Counted from the first letter of the stretch, positions 1-9,349 are shown. The stretch: DNA of 64,000 nt from a bacterium (GCA_036274695.1 DASUFF010000044.1:484-64483), one strand, 5' to 3'. The notes: generated by a model not told the origin, from the letters alone. Program-made: numbers and translations.

Positions 1-1
1 T

Positions 2-448
2 CCCGGCCGCGAGGCCTTTGCCTCGGGCTCGGCACTTCTCCAGCGGGAGGGCGAGGCGGAGGCCGTCGCCCGCATCGCCGTACCGGCCTTCGGCGAGTTG
101 CGGCGGCATTACGAGATGATCCGCCCGGCCATCCTCCACAATTTTTTCGTGAACGTCGGATTGAAGGACGAGGGATTTTGCTGGCATTGGGCCCGGGACT
201 TGACCGACCGCCTGAAGGTGCTGGATCTCGAAACTTTCGACCTCCTCTGGGCGACCGCCCGCGGCGGGACCATGCGCGAGCACAACACGGTTGTTTTGGT
301 CTCCAAGGGCCGCGAGCTTCAGGACGGGCTGGTGCTCGACGGCTGGAAATACGCCGGCAAGCCGTTTTGGATCCGCGTCACCGACGACAAGAAACATCCC
401 TGGAAAGTCGGCCAATATTACGGCGGCGGGGCCGAGACGCAGCATTGA
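2..448 (+). CDS. hypothetical protein, C-terminal part (N-terminus upstream of window)
   Basis: The frame is open from position 2 to the stop at 446-448. GC3-rich codons match the neighbours. No family motif recognised. Confidence 0.45.
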   Translation, partial: PGREAFASGSALLQREGEAEAVARIAVPAFGELRRHYEMIRPAILHNFFVNVGLKDEGFCWHWARDLTDRLKVLDLETFDLLWATARGGTMREHNTVVLVSKGRELQDGLVLDGWKYAGKPFWIRVTDDKKHPWKVGQYYGGGAETQH

Positions 449-501
449 AAACCAGTTGTTTTCCCCCCTGGGTTTAAGTAGCTTGGCCCAACTTTAACAC
501 C

Positions 502-951
502 ATGCCTCCCCGCATTTTCAGAGACATTCTCGTCGTCGACCGTTCCGCGCTGGCCTGCAACATGTACCAGCTGCTTTTCTCCTCCCAGAGCCGGTACCGG
601 GTGCTGTTCGCGGAGGAGTACGAAACCCTTTTCAAAAGAAGCAAGCGTCTGCGTCCCGATCTGATGATCGTCAACAGCAACGCGTTGGCCCGGAACGCCG
701 AGCTTAAATTCCCAGCTCCCGCCATCCTTATCGTGTCCAAGGATCGCGTGGATCTCCGGGAGCAGGCGGCGGGACGCAAGGACCTGGTCCTGATCGAGAA
801 GCCGTTTTATCCTTACGACCTCATCTCCGTCGCCAACCGGCTGATCTTGTCCGCCGTGGAAAAGGCGAAGGAAAGAAACCGGCGCGCCGAGGCGCGCGCG
901 GGCAAACGGGCGCCGGCCGGCAAGGCCGCGCGGAAGAGGAAGCATGGCTAA
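502..951 (+). CDS. receiver-like (pseudo-receiver) domain protein with basic tail
   Basis: CheY-like layout: ILVVDRS near the N-terminus, ILIVS at the conserved Ser/Thr position, EKPF at the conserved Lys-Pro. The phospho-acceptor position reads DLMIVNSN, with Asn where Asp is expected. Overlaps the next gene by 8 nt. Confidence 0.6.
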   Translation: MPPRIFRDILVVDRSALACNMYQLLFSSQSRYRVLFAEEYETLFKRSKRLRPDLMIVNSNALARNAELKFPAPAILIVSKDRVDLREQAAGRKDLVLIEKPFYPYDLISVANRLILSAVEKAKERNRRAEARAGKRAPAGKAARKRKHG

Positions 952-1330
952 AAAGACCGACAAGGCAGCGCCCAAGACGGAGCAGAGAATGGTTCACGAA
1001 AAACGCGTGCATCCGCGGCGGACGCTTCGGTCGCAGGTGATCTTCGAGGACGAGTCGGGCGAAGGGTTCATTTATTTCTATTCGACCGACATCAGCATCG
1101 GCGGCCTGTTCCTGGAGTCCGACATCCCCCTGAAGATGGGCACGCGCGTCTTTCTTTCCTTTTCGCTCAGGGACGATTCCGCTCCCATCCGCGCGATCGG
1201 ACGCGTCGTGCGCGTCGAAAGGGAGACGGCCGACAGCATGACCGTCGTCGGCATGGGCGTTCAATTCAGCGATCTGCAGGAATCGGCCAAGAAGATCATC
1301 GAAGACTACGTTTCCCCCGCCAGCGCCTGA
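944..1330 (+). CDS. PilZ domain protein (c-di-GMP receptor type)
   Basis: Carries both PilZ signatures: RxxxR (HPRRTLR) and DxSxxG (DISIGG). Confidence 0.75.
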   Translation: MAKKTDKAAPKTEQRMVHEKRVHPRRTLRSQVIFEDESGEGFIYFYSTDISIGGLFLESDIPLKMGTRVFLSFSLRDDSAPIRAIGRVVRVERETADSMTVVGMGVQFSDLQESAKKIIEDYVSPASA

Positions 1331-2427
1331 GCCATTTTCGAAAGCCCCGACAGGTCGTGCACGTCCTTTTCGAAGAGGGGGATGGTCGCGCACGGGGTTC
1401 CCTTGCCGCCCAATTTCCTCAACAAGGCGACCGCCTTCTGGTCCCGCTTGGCCAGTTGCTCGTAGTTCTTCAGGCGTTCGACGGCCTTGGCGCGGAGCGC
1501 GGGCGGGAAGTCCGACGGCAGGCCGGAAGCGCTCCAGATCCCCTCGGGATGGACGCGGTTGACGACGAAACCCAGGAAGGGGAGCTTGGCGTGGTCGATC
1601 TTCCGGTGGAAGAACAGGGCGTCCTGCACGGAAACGGAGGCGGGGCTCGTCACCAGGAGGAAACCCACGAAGTCCCTCCGGAGCAGCTCGTAGACGGCCT
1701 GCGCGCGCTGGCGGAAACCGCCGAGCAGGTCGCTGAACAGGGAGAGCATCTCGGAGAGCTCGCGCAGGAAGCTGAAACCGGCGATTCTGTCGAAGACCGA
1801 CAGGATCTTTTCCGCGCCCTTTTTCAAAACGCCCAGGCCGATCAGGCCCGCCTCGCCCACGAAGAGTCCCGGCTTCAAAAACCATTCGAGAAGGCTGTTG
1901 GACGTCATGTTGATCATTTTTTGCGGCGCTTCGAGGAAATCGAGGGCGTGGCGCGTCGGCGGCGTATCCAAGATCAGGACGTCGTAGAGCCCGCCCTGAT
2001 AGATCTCGTAGAGCTTTTCCGTCGCCATGTACTCCTGCGAGCCGGCGATCATGCTGGACATGAGCTGGTAGAGCCGGTTCTCGAGGATGGACGCGCGGCG
2101 CTCCGGCTCCTTCACGTGGCGCTCGATCAGGCGGTCGAAGGTCGTTTTGGTATCCAGCATCATGGCGTCGAGCGATCCGGAGGCCTTCTCCCGTCTCTCC
2201 GCGGGCAGCGCGATCCGCTTGGGGGCGTCCCCAAGCGACTCGAGACCCAGGGCTGTGGCCAACCGCTTGGCCGGATCGATCGTCAGCACGATGGTTTTGC
2301 GTCCCCGGCGGGCCATCTCCAGGGCCACCGCCGCCGCGGTCGTCGTCTTGCCGACGCCTCCGCTTCCGCAACAGATGATGATCTTCTTGGCGGAAGCCGC
2401 CTTCAAAAGGTCGATGGTCTTCGTCAT
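1306..2427 (-). CDS. ArsA/Get3-family ATPase (second of a pair)
   Basis: Deviant Walker A CGSGGVGKTT and ArsA-type length and layout. Overlaps the upstream paralogue by 4 nt. Confidence 0.8.
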   Translation of the reverse strand: MTKTIDLLKAASAKKIIICCGSGGVGKTTTAAAVALEMARRGRKTIVLTIDPAKRLATALGLESLGDAPKRIALPAERREKASGSLDAMMLDTKTTFDRLIERHVKEPERRASILENRLYQLMSSMIAGSQEYMATEKLYEIYQGGLYDVLILDTPPTRHALDFLEAPQKMINMTSNSLLEWFLKPGLFVGEAGLIGLGVLKKGAEKILSVFDRIAGFSFLRELSEMLSLFSDLLGGFRQRAQAVYELLRRDFVGFLLVTSPASVSVQDALFFHRKIDHAKLPFLGFVVNRVHPEGIWSASGLPSDFPPALRAKAVERLKNYEQLAKRDQKAVALLRKLGGKGTPCATIPLFEKDVHDLSGLSKMAQALAGET

Positions 2428-3341
2428 GACTCCGCCTCCATCTGTTTTTGGATGGCGGATGCGATCAGGCGGATCTCTTCCAAGCCGAACTGGGGCGAAT
2501 AAACGAACGGAAGCCGGATGACGGGCCTCGGGCGGACCTCCCGGTCGAGCCTGTCGGAGTATTCGGCGGAAAGGTCCGCGCGCGCGTTCATGAGTTTTAG
2601 GATTTTGATGGCGGGCGTGTCCGGCGCCTGGTCGATCTTGCGCCTTTCGGCCGGCGAGAACGCCTCTTCCTCCACCTGGTTGAGGAAAAAAGGCCCGAGC
2701 GGCAGGTCCAGGCGTTTTTCCAGGCTCCGGTTCATTTCGATCGCCTCCGTCACCGGCATCTCCTCGGGCAGCGTGGCCAGAAGAACCTGGGTCCGGTCTG
2801 CGTCGTGCAGGAGCTGGTCGATCCGGTCGGCGTCGCCCTTCAGCGGCCCGATCCGCGTGGCGCGCGAAACGATCGTGGGGATCTCGAGCAGGGCCAATCC
2901 GTGGCCCGTGGCCGGCGCGTCGACGATGACCAGATCGTATTCGGAGACGAGGGCGTAGACCTTGCCGATGCTCACCATGTCCGAAAGCCCCGGCGTGGCC
3001 TCCACGAAATTCTGGACGAGCTTGTTCTCGAACACGGCCTTGTAGAGGGCTTTGAAGCGGATCTGCAGGAGGACGTATTCCTCGAAGGATTTTTTCGGAA
3101 GGATATTGATCCCCGAGACGCCGGGCAGGAGCTGCGTTTCATGATGCCCGACGGGAGGCCGGCCGAGGATGTGAGCGACTTGATCTTCGGAATGGATCTC
3201 GGCGACGATGACCTTCCGGCCGCGTTCGGCGGCGAGCAGGGCGAGAGCAAGGCTTAAGGTGGTCTTGCCGACGCCGCCCTTGCCCGAGACGATGATCAAG
3301 CGCCGACTGAGCAGTCTATCGAGTGGATTTCCGGGGGACAC
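2424..3341 (-). CDS. ArsA/Get3-family ATPase (first of a pair)
   Basis: Walker A SGKGGVGKTT and a VDAPATGH switch-like motif. Confidence 0.8.
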   Translation of the reverse strand: MSPGNPLDRLLSRRLIIVSGKGGVGKTTLSLALALLAAERGRKVIVAEIHSEDQVAHILGRPPVGHHETQLLPGVSGINILPKKSFEEYVLLQIRFKALYKAVFENKLVQNFVEATPGLSDMVSIGKVYALVSEYDLVIVDAPATGHGLALLEIPTIVSRATRIGPLKGDADRIDQLLHDADRTQVLLATLPEEMPVTEAIEMNRSLEKRLDLPLGPFFLNQVEEEAFSPAERRKIDQAPDTPAIKILKLMNARADLSAEYSDRLDREVRPRPVIRLPFVYSPQFGLEEIRLIASAIQKQMEAES

Positions 3342-3350
3342 AAGCGGGGC

Positions 3351-3896
3351 TTAGCCTTCGTACTTTTTCAGTTTGGTTTCCAGGAGATCGATCTTCTTGC
3401 GGAGAGCGCGGATCTCGGAATGGAGCGAGGGGAGGACGGACACGGCGTCGAGCGTGCCCTTCAGTTTCTCGTCGATGAACTCCTTGATCATGTGGCGCCC
3501 TTCTTCGATGGAGACGTCGCCCTTCTTGATGATTTTCTCGAAATACTTCTCGGCCTCTTCGCGCGCGTGCGAGATCGAGCTCACGCCGGATTCGATCGAG
3601 CTCTGCACGAAGTCGACGATCTTTTCGCCGCCGCTCTGGATGATGTTCCGGAGCGTGGACAGCGGGAGCAGGCTCTTCTTTTTCTTTTCCTGCTCGAAGA
3701 TGATCTGGGTCAGGGTGACGCTGGTCAAGTCGTCCTGATTCTGGTTGTCGATGATCTGGACGTCCTCGCCCTCGCGGATCAAGGTGGCGATATCGTCCAG
3801 CGTCACGTAGCGGCTCGCGTTGGTGTCGTAGAGCTTGCGGTTCTGGTAACGCTTGATGATGCGGTTTTTTTTGTTGGCGGTCGTCATAGAGCGCAC
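3351..3896 (-). CDS. PhaR-type (PHA accumulation regulator) DNA-binding domain protein
   Basis: The N-terminus IKRYQNRKLYDTNASRYVTLDDIATLIREGEDVQIID matches the PhaR N-terminal DNA-binding domain pattern. The C-terminal half is helical and charged. Confidence 0.7.
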   Translation of the reverse strand: MRSMTTANKKNRIIKRYQNRKLYDTNASRYVTLDDIATLIREGEDVQIIDNQNQDDLTSVTLTQIIFEQEKKKKSLLPLSTLRNIIQSGGEKIVDFVQSSIESGVSSISHAREEAEKYFEKIIKKGDVSIEEGRHMIKEFIDEKLKGTLDAVSVLPSLHSEIRALRKKIDLLETKLKKYEG

Positions 3897-3897
3897 C

Positions 3898-4335
3898 TCA
3901 TTCCTTTTGCAATTCTTCCTCGTACATTTGTTTGAGCAGCACCTTGCGGATGGCCTCCAAGACTTCGGCCTTCAGCTTCGATTTCTGGTTTTTGGCCTTG
4001 GCGTTTTTATGGATCTCGCCCTCCAAGACGTCGAGGATGGAGTTCATCACCTTGCGGTGGAGGGTCCGGTACTCCTCTTCGTCGGAGCGGGGCAGCGACT
4101 GCGCGAGCGTTCGGAGAGTCTTCTGGGCGTAACCGATGACCTGCTGGATGGCCTGCTGGGAGTCGTTCCCGGACATGCGGTTGGAGACGTGCTGCTCGGC
4201 GAAGCCCAAGAGGCTTTGCACCGCCAGGAGGACTTCGCGTCCCGCGCGGAGGAGATGCTTCTTGACGAGGCCCAACTCGGCCAAGCCGTCGAGCAGGGAG
4301 CTGATGTTGAGCAGAGATCCGGAAAGAGTCGACAT
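3898..4335 (-). CDS. hypothetical alpha-helical protein (phasin-like guess only)
   Basis: ORF packed tightly between tatA and the phaR-like gene (gaps of 4 and 1 nt). Heptad-like charged sequence with no named motif. Confidence 0.5.
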   Translation of the reverse strand: MSTLSGSLLNISSLLDGLAELGLVKKHLLRAGREVLLAVQSLLGFAEQHVSNRMSGNDSQQAIQQVIGYAQKTLRTLAQSLPRSDEEEYRTLHRKVMNSILDVLEGEIHKNAKAKNQKSKLKAEVLEAIRKVLLKQMYEEELQKE

Positions 4336-4339
4336 GGCG

Positions 4340-4570
4340 TTAATGCTTTGTTTCCTTGTTTTTCTCGGGACCCTTCTCAGGTTCCTCGCCCTTCACGCCC
4401 TTTTTGAAATTGCGCAGGGCCTGCCCCAGCGATCCACCGATGGCCGGCAATTTTCCCGCTCCGAAGACGACCAGGACGATGGCGAGGACGATCAGAAGCT
4501 CCCAAGGCCCCAGCCCGCCTATGCCCGCCAATGTCATTGGTATATTCTGGGGTATATTCGGGTGCGACAT
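4340..4570 (-). CDS. tatA: twin-arginine translocase subunit TatA/E
   Basis: [43 protein letters not shown] is the canonical TatA TM segment plus amphipathic helix. The true start may be the internal Met at 4537. Confidence 0.85.
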   Translation of the reverse strand: MSHPNIPQNIPMTLAGIGGLGPWELLIVLAIVLVVFGAGKLPAIGGSLGQALRNFKKGVKGEEPEKGPEKNKETKH

Positions 4571-4613
4571 TTCAAGAAAAGGCTATCACCCCATGACGCG
4601 GGTTGTCTAGGAT

Positions 4614-4632
4614 TTTGACGCACCTTTGACGC
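4614..4632. repeat. direct repeat TTTGACGC-acc-TTTGACGC (11-nt period), with a third TGACGC at 4594-4599, between rpe and tatA
   Basis: Read directly from the sequence. It lies in the 69-nt spacer upstream of the tatA to arsA operon. Confidence 0.5.
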
Positions 4633-4639
4633 GGGGAAA

Positions 4640-5299
4640 TTACAGCTGGGCGCGCATTTGTTGAATCGTAACGCGGCAGTCCGGGCTCTTGAAGATGGCG
4701 GACCCGGCGACGAAGACGTCCGCCCCGGCGCGGGAGACCTCGCCGATGTTGGATGTCTTGATACCGCCGTCCACTTCGATCAGGACGGGGAGCTTCTTCT
4801 CATCTATGACGCGCCGGAGAGTCTTTACTTTCTCGAGGCAGGAGGGAATGAAGGCCTGTCCGCCGAAGCCGGGATTGACCGTCATCACCAAAACCATGGA
4901 GACGTCCGGCAACACGGGAAAGACGGATTCGATGGGCGTGTCGGGATTTAAAGACACGGCGGCTTCGACGCCATGCGAACGAATGAGTTTAAGCGCTTCG
5001 CGGAGTTTGTCCGCATCCGGGAAAACTTCCACATGAATGGTGATCGAATCGGAGCCGGCCTTCGCGAACTCGCCGACGAATTTTTCCGGCGATTCGATCA
5101 TCAAATGCGTATCCAGTTTCAGTTTCGTGGATTTGCGCGCGGCTTCCACCAGGACGGGGCCTATGGTGAGGTTCGGAACGAAGTGGCCGTCCATGACGTC
5201 CAAATGGATCAGGTCGGCGCCTGCGGCCTCGACGGCTCGGATTTCGTCTCCTAATTTTGAAAAATCGGCGGACAAGACGGACGGGGCGATGAGTTTCAA
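4640..5299 (-). CDS. rpe: ribulose-phosphate 3-epimerase
   Basis: APSVLSADF...HLDVMDGHFVPN...VMTVNPGFGGQ are classic Rpe motifs. Confidence 0.93.
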   Translation of the reverse strand: MKLIAPSVLSADFSKLGDEIRAVEAAGADLIHLDVMDGHFVPNLTIGPVLVEAARKSTKLKLDTHLMIESPEKFVGEFAKAGSDSITIHVEVFPDADKLREALKLIRSHGVEAAVSLNPDTPIESVFPVLPDVSMVLVMTVNPGFGGQAFIPSCLEKVKTLRRVIDEKKLPVLIEVDGGIKTSNIGEVSRAGADVFVAGSAIFKSPDCRVTIQQMRAQL

Positions 5300-6234
5300 G
5301 TTCCCAGCCTTTCTCCGGGCGTGAGCGGATGGCCTTTCAAAAAGACATCGCAGGCCAGGCGCTTACCGCCCTCCAGCTGCAGATCCTTAATCAAGAGAGC
5401 GCCCTGACCGCAAGCGATCTGAATCCCGTCGCCCTGAATTTCAACGATCTCGCCGGCCGCGCCCTTTTTCGGATGCTCCACCAACTCCGCCGTATGGATC
5501 TTCAGGCGCTTTCCCTTGAGCGAGGTGAAGGCGCCGGGCCAGGGCGTGACGCCGCGGATCTGTCCCCAGAGCGCCTTGGCCTTGCGGGTCCAATCCAGAT
5601 GCCCGTCTTCCTTCTTGAGCATGGGCGCCGGCGTCGCCAGGCGGTCGTTCTGGGGCATGGCCTCGAGGGAACCGTCGGAGAGACCGTCCAAGGTTTCGAT
5701 CAGGAGCTCGGCCCCGATGACGGCCAGGCGCTTTCCCAAAATCTCGGCGTTGTCCTCGTCGTGCATCATGACTTTCTTCTGAAGGAGGACCGGGCCTGAG
5801 TCGACGGGGCCGTCTTTCAAGCGGAAGGTCGTCACGCCCGTTTCCTCTTCGTTGTTGATCAGGGCCCATTGAAGCGGGGCGGCTCCACGGTATTTCGGGA
5901 GCAGGGAAAAGTGGACGTTGATGCAGCCGTGCGGCGGGAGATCCAAAACTTCCTTCGGCAATATCTTTCCGTAGGCGACGATGGCGATGACGTCCGCCTT
6001 GAGTCCTCGCAGGGTCTCCAAAAATTCGGGATTCTTCTTGATCGACTCGGGCTGGAAGAGGGGAAGATTTTTCTCCTTCGCGAAGCGGGCGACTGCGGGC
6101 GGCGTGAGTTCCAGGCCCCGTCCGACCGGCCTATCCGGTTGGCTGACCACGCCCACGACTTTGTGGCCCGACTCCAAGACCGCCTTCAGGGAGGGGGCGG
6201 CGATTTCGGGCGAACCCATAAAGAGGACATTCAT
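5296..6234 (-). CDS. fmt: methionyl-tRNA formyltransferase
   Basis: NVHFSLLPKYRGAAPLQWA motif. Sits downstream of def. Confidence 0.93.
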   Translation of the reverse strand: MNVLFMGSPEIAAPSLKAVLESGHKVVGVVSQPDRPVGRGLELTPPAVARFAKEKNLPLFQPESIKKNPEFLETLRGLKADVIAIVAYGKILPKEVLDLPPHGCINVHFSLLPKYRGAAPLQWALINNEEETGVTTFRLKDGPVDSGPVLLQKKVMMHDEDNAEILGKRLAVIGAELLIETLDGLSDGSLEAMPQNDRLATPAPMLKKEDGHLDWTRKAKALWGQIRGVTPWPGAFTSLKGKRLKIHTAELVEHPKKGAAGEIVEIQGDGIQIACGQGALLIKDLQLEGGKRLACDVFLKGHPLTPGERLGT

Positions 6235-6241
6235 AGCGAGG

Positions 6242-6814
6242 TCATCCGACGTACGTCGGCCCCGAGCCGTGCTCGATCTCCTCTTCCGGCTCCGGACGTT
6301 CGTTGCGCGCCAGTTTCTTTTTGTAGAGGTCCTGCTTCAGGCGGGAGAGCTTGTCGAAGATGAGCTTGCCGTCCAGGTGGTCGATCTCGTGCTGGAAGGC
6401 GACGGCCAAAAGATCTTCGCCCAAGTACTTCACTTTCTTTCCTTCACGGTCGAGGCCTTCGACTAAAATCTTCTTCGCGCGCTCGACGGGGACGATCAGG
6501 TTGGGCATGGAGAGGCAGCCTTCGTCCCACAGGATCTTTCCTTCCTGGATGGTGACGATGGGGTTGATGATGGCCTTGGGATCCGGCTTGTGGGTTTCCT
6601 TGCCCAGGGCGTCTTTTTCCAGGAGACCGACGTCGATCACCAAGATGCGCTTGGAGACGGCGACCTGAGGCGCCGCCAAACCGACACCGGGCGCGGCGTA
6701 CATGGTCTCGTACATGTCCTCGATCAGCTTCTGAATCTCCGCATCGACCTTCTCGACCGGTTTCGCCACCTTCCTAAGGATGGGATCCGGATATTTGACG
6801 ATATCTAAAATCAT
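6242..6814 (-). CDS. def: peptide deformylase
   Basis: GVGLAAPQ, EGCLS and HEIDHL metal-site motifs. Confidence 0.93.
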   Translation of the reverse strand: MILDIVKYPDPILRKVAKPVEKVDAEIQKLIEDMYETMYAAPGVGLAAPQVAVSKRILVIDVGLLEKDALGKETHKPDPKAIINPIVTIQEGKILWDEGCLSMPNLIVPVERAKKILVEGLDREGKKVKYLGEDLLAVAFQHEIDHLDGKLIFDKLSRLKQDLYKKKLARNERPEPEEEIEHGSGPTYVG

Positions 6815-6826
6815 CTCTTTTCTTCC

Positions 6827-8851
6827 TCACATCATGTCTACGGGATCCACGTTAATGAGCATCTTCATACTCGAGGGTAAGTCATCCCGCTCGAAATCGT
6901 CAAGGAGGGCGGCGAGTTGGGGCTGCAGGCGGGCGTAGCGCCCGGTCTTGATCAGGACGTGCCAACGCGCCCGTCCCCGGACGGTTTCGATGGGGCAGGG
7001 GGCGGGGCCCAGAAGGCAGTCCGGTCCGGATAAGACGCGTTCCAGGCGGCGGCTCAAGGTTTCGAAGACCTTGCGGACGCGGTCGGGTTGGGCGTCCGAA
7101 AGGCGGATCTCGATCAGGCGGTTGAAGGGCGGGTAACCCGCCTCCCGGCGATGGCCCAGCTCCGTCTCCGAAAAGGCGAGGCCGTCGTGCGTGGCGGCGG
7201 CGACTAAACTCTCGTGGCCGGGCCGGTAGGTCTGGATCAGCACGCGCCCCGGCCGATCGGCCCGTCCGGCGCGGCCGGAGACTTGTGTGACGATCTGATA
7301 GGTGCGTTCCGCCGCTCGAAAATCGGGAAGATGCAGGCCCACGTCGGCGTCCAGGATGCCGACCAAGGTCAGATTCGGATAATCGTGGCCCTTGGTGATC
7401 ATCTGCGTGCCCACGAGCACGTCGATCTCCCGGTTCTTCATCTTTTCCAAAACGTCCAACCATTGGCCGCCGCCGGCGGAATCCCGGTCCAGCCGCGTGA
7501 CGCGCGCCTTGGGGAAGAAGCGTTTGATTTCCGAGGCCACCTTCTCCGTTCCGAAACCCTTCAGGGCGAAGGTGCCCTTCCCGCACTCGGGGCAGACGGG
7601 CGTATAGTCCCGCGAATCGTCGCAATAGTGACACACCAGTAGGGGCGAGGTCGCCTCGGCCCCGCGCGACCGATGCAGCGTCAGGCTCACGTCGCACTGA
7701 TCGCAGGACGGCACGTGGCCGCAGGCCGGGCACAGCACGAAGGGAGCGAAGCCGCGGCGGTTGACGAAGAGGAGGGTCTGCTCGCGGCGGGCGAGCGTCT
7801 GCTCGAGGGCGTCCAGCAATTGCGGGGAGAAGATGGCGTCCTTCAGGGCTTCATGGCGGCGGTCGATGGTTGCGATTGCGGGCAGCGAGACGCCGGCGGG
7901 GCGCGCGGTGAGCTCGATCTTTTTCATCTTTCCCTGGATGGCCCGCTGCAGCGACTCCAGCGACGGCGTGGCCGATCCCAGGACGACGGCGAGTTTTTCC
8001 TCCGAGGCGCGCCAGAGGGCCAGGTCGCGGGCGTGATAGCAGAAGCGCTCCTCCTGCTTGTAGGACGGGTCGTGCTCCTCGTCGACGATAAGGAGCTTTA
8101 AGTTCGGCATCGGCAGGAAGATCCCCGACCGCGTGGCGACGATGACTCGGTGGCGTCCTTCGCGCGCGGCGGTCCAGACCTGCCGGCGTTGGGCGTTGGT
8201 CAGGGCGCTGTGGTAGGCGGCGATTTCCTCCTTTTCCCCCAGGCTGCGAAAGCGTCCCAAGAGCTGGGGCGTGAGGCCGATCTCCGGTACTAAGACCAGC
8301 ACCTGCCCTCCCCGGTCCAAGGCGCTTCGGGCGGCCTTCAGGTAGACCTCAGTCTTTCCGCTGCCGGTGATGCCGCGCAGGAGGATCGGAAGGCCGGGCT
8401 TTTCCAAAACCTCATCGATCGCGGCGCACGCCGTCTTTTGTTCTTCATTTAAAGGCGGCGGTTCGGGGACGTGGAAGGCCTCCCGTTCCGGAGAACGCTT
8501 GCGCGGCTTGGACTCCCGGCGCTTTTCAAAGGCGTCGGGCGGGGAGAGATGCCGGAGCACCTCGCCGATCGGCGTCAGGTAATAGGCGGCGGCCCATCGC
8601 AAGAGCTTGATCTGGGACGGGATCAGCAGCGTGGTTTCGGAGATCTCGGCGACGTCCCTCAGTTTGAGGCCTTTGGCCCTGTCCGGTTGGGAAGGCTCGC
8701 CCAGGACGACGCCGGAGACCGTCTTGTTCCCCAGGGGCACGCGCGCGACGGCGCCCGGCCGGGCCCGGTCGGCCAGGTGGTCGGGGAGGCGGTAGAGCAA
8801 GGGGTGCCGTAGGGCGAGGGGGAGGACGATTTCGACAAGACGTTCGGTCAC
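6827..8851 (-). CDS. priA: primosomal protein N' (replication restart helicase PriA)
   Basis: Walker A GITGSGKTEVY, DEEH box and the Cys-cluster zinc region CPACGHVPSCDQCDVSLTLH...CHYCD...CPECG. Confidence 0.93.
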   Translation of the reverse strand: MTERLVEIVLPLALRHPLLYRLPDHLADRARPGAVARVPLGNKTVSGVVLGEPSQPDRAKGLKLRDVAEISETTLLIPSQIKLLRWAAAYYLTPIGEVLRHLSPPDAFEKRRESKPRKRSPEREAFHVPEPPPLNEEQKTACAAIDEVLEKPGLPILLRGITGSGKTEVYLKAARSALDRGGQVLVLVPEIGLTPQLLGRFRSLGEKEEIAAYHSALTNAQRRQVWTAAREGRHRVIVATRSGIFLPMPNLKLLIVDEEHDPSYKQEERFCYHARDLALWRASEEKLAVVLGSATPSLESLQRAIQGKMKKIELTARPAGVSLPAIATIDRRHEALKDAIFSPQLLDALEQTLARREQTLLFVNRRGFAPFVLCPACGHVPSCDQCDVSLTLHRSRGAEATSPLLVCHYCDDSRDYTPVCPECGKGTFALKGFGTEKVASEIKRFFPKARVTRLDRDSAGGGQWLDVLEKMKNREIDVLVGTQMITKGHDYPNLTLVGILDADVGLHLPDFRAAERTYQIVTQVSGRAGRADRPGRVLIQTYRPGHESLVAAATHDGLAFSETELGHRREAGYPPFNRLIEIRLSDAQPDRVRKVFETLSRRLERVLSGPDCLLGPAPCPIETVRGRARWHVLIKTGRYARLQPQLAALLDDFERDDLPSSMKMLINVDPVDMM

Positions 8852-8947
8852 ATCCCCGGTCTAACGCAGCCGCCTCCCCGAAGGAAAAGATTTGTTTTCG
8901 CCGGGGGCATTCAGTAAGTACACTGCCTCTTCCGGCAGGATCGGGGC

Positions 8948-9021
8948 CGGGGCGTAGCTCAGCCTGGTAGAGCGCTTGCTTCGGGAGCAAGAGGTCCCGA
9001 GTTCAAATCTCGGCGCCCCGA
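8948..9021 (+). tRNA. tRNA-Pro (anticodon CGG)
   Basis: Hand-folded cloverleaf. Acceptor cggggcg/cgccccg, D arm gctc-agcctggta-gagc, anticodon arm cttgc-ttCGGga-gcaag, variable loop aggtc, T arm ccgag-ttcaaat-ctcgg, discriminator A. CCA is not encoded. Confidence 0.9.
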
Positions 9022-9037
9022 CCCGGATCCTGCCGGA

Positions 9038-9349
9038 TCACTCACCCTCCGGCTTCAACTTGAAAGCCGCAAACGTTCGAAAATTCCTTTCAATCTCGCG
9101 GACGTCCAGGCCCAGGCATCGGTCCGGCAGGTTTTTCAATTTCTCCAGACCCGCCTTGTGCATCTTGGCCGCGCCTCCCGGAATTCCGCTGTCCCGTTTC
9201 AGGTAGGCCACGGCGATCTGGATCAAGGCCTGCAGCAGGCGCTTCTCGTTGCCCTCGGCGTCGTTCCACGCCTCCTCCCAGATCTCGTGGGCGTCGAAGA
9301 AGAGGCCGTCGTTGAAAAGGCGGACGCCTTGTCGGAATTGTTCCTTCAT
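9038..9349 (-). CDS. DUF309-like protein
   Basis: GVRLFNDGLFFDAHEIWEEAW...LLQALIQIAVAY matches the DUF309 pattern. Confidence 0.65.
   Translation of the reverse strand: MKEQFRQGVRLFNDGLFFDAHEIWEEAWNDAEGNEKRLLQALIQIAVAYLKRDSGIPGGAAKMHKAGLEKLKNLPDRCLGLDVREIERNFRTFAAFKLKPEGE

Noticed and set aside
449-501. Sigma-54-like TTGGCCCaactttaac upstream of the pseudo-receiver gene
   Set aside because: There is no GC dinucleotide at the -12 position (it reads AC). Spacing and sequence do not fit.
821-2371. 516-aa minus-strand ORF, with similar long ORFs at 1357-2502, 10314-11744, 15105-16629 (alternative frame), 35773-37683, 38073-40079, 38243-40231, 47620-49470 and 53899-55608
   Set aside because: Their translations are dominated by Arg, Pro, Gly and Ala. 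They overlap genes with clear family motifs on the other strand or frame. These are typical shadow ORFs of high-GC DNA.
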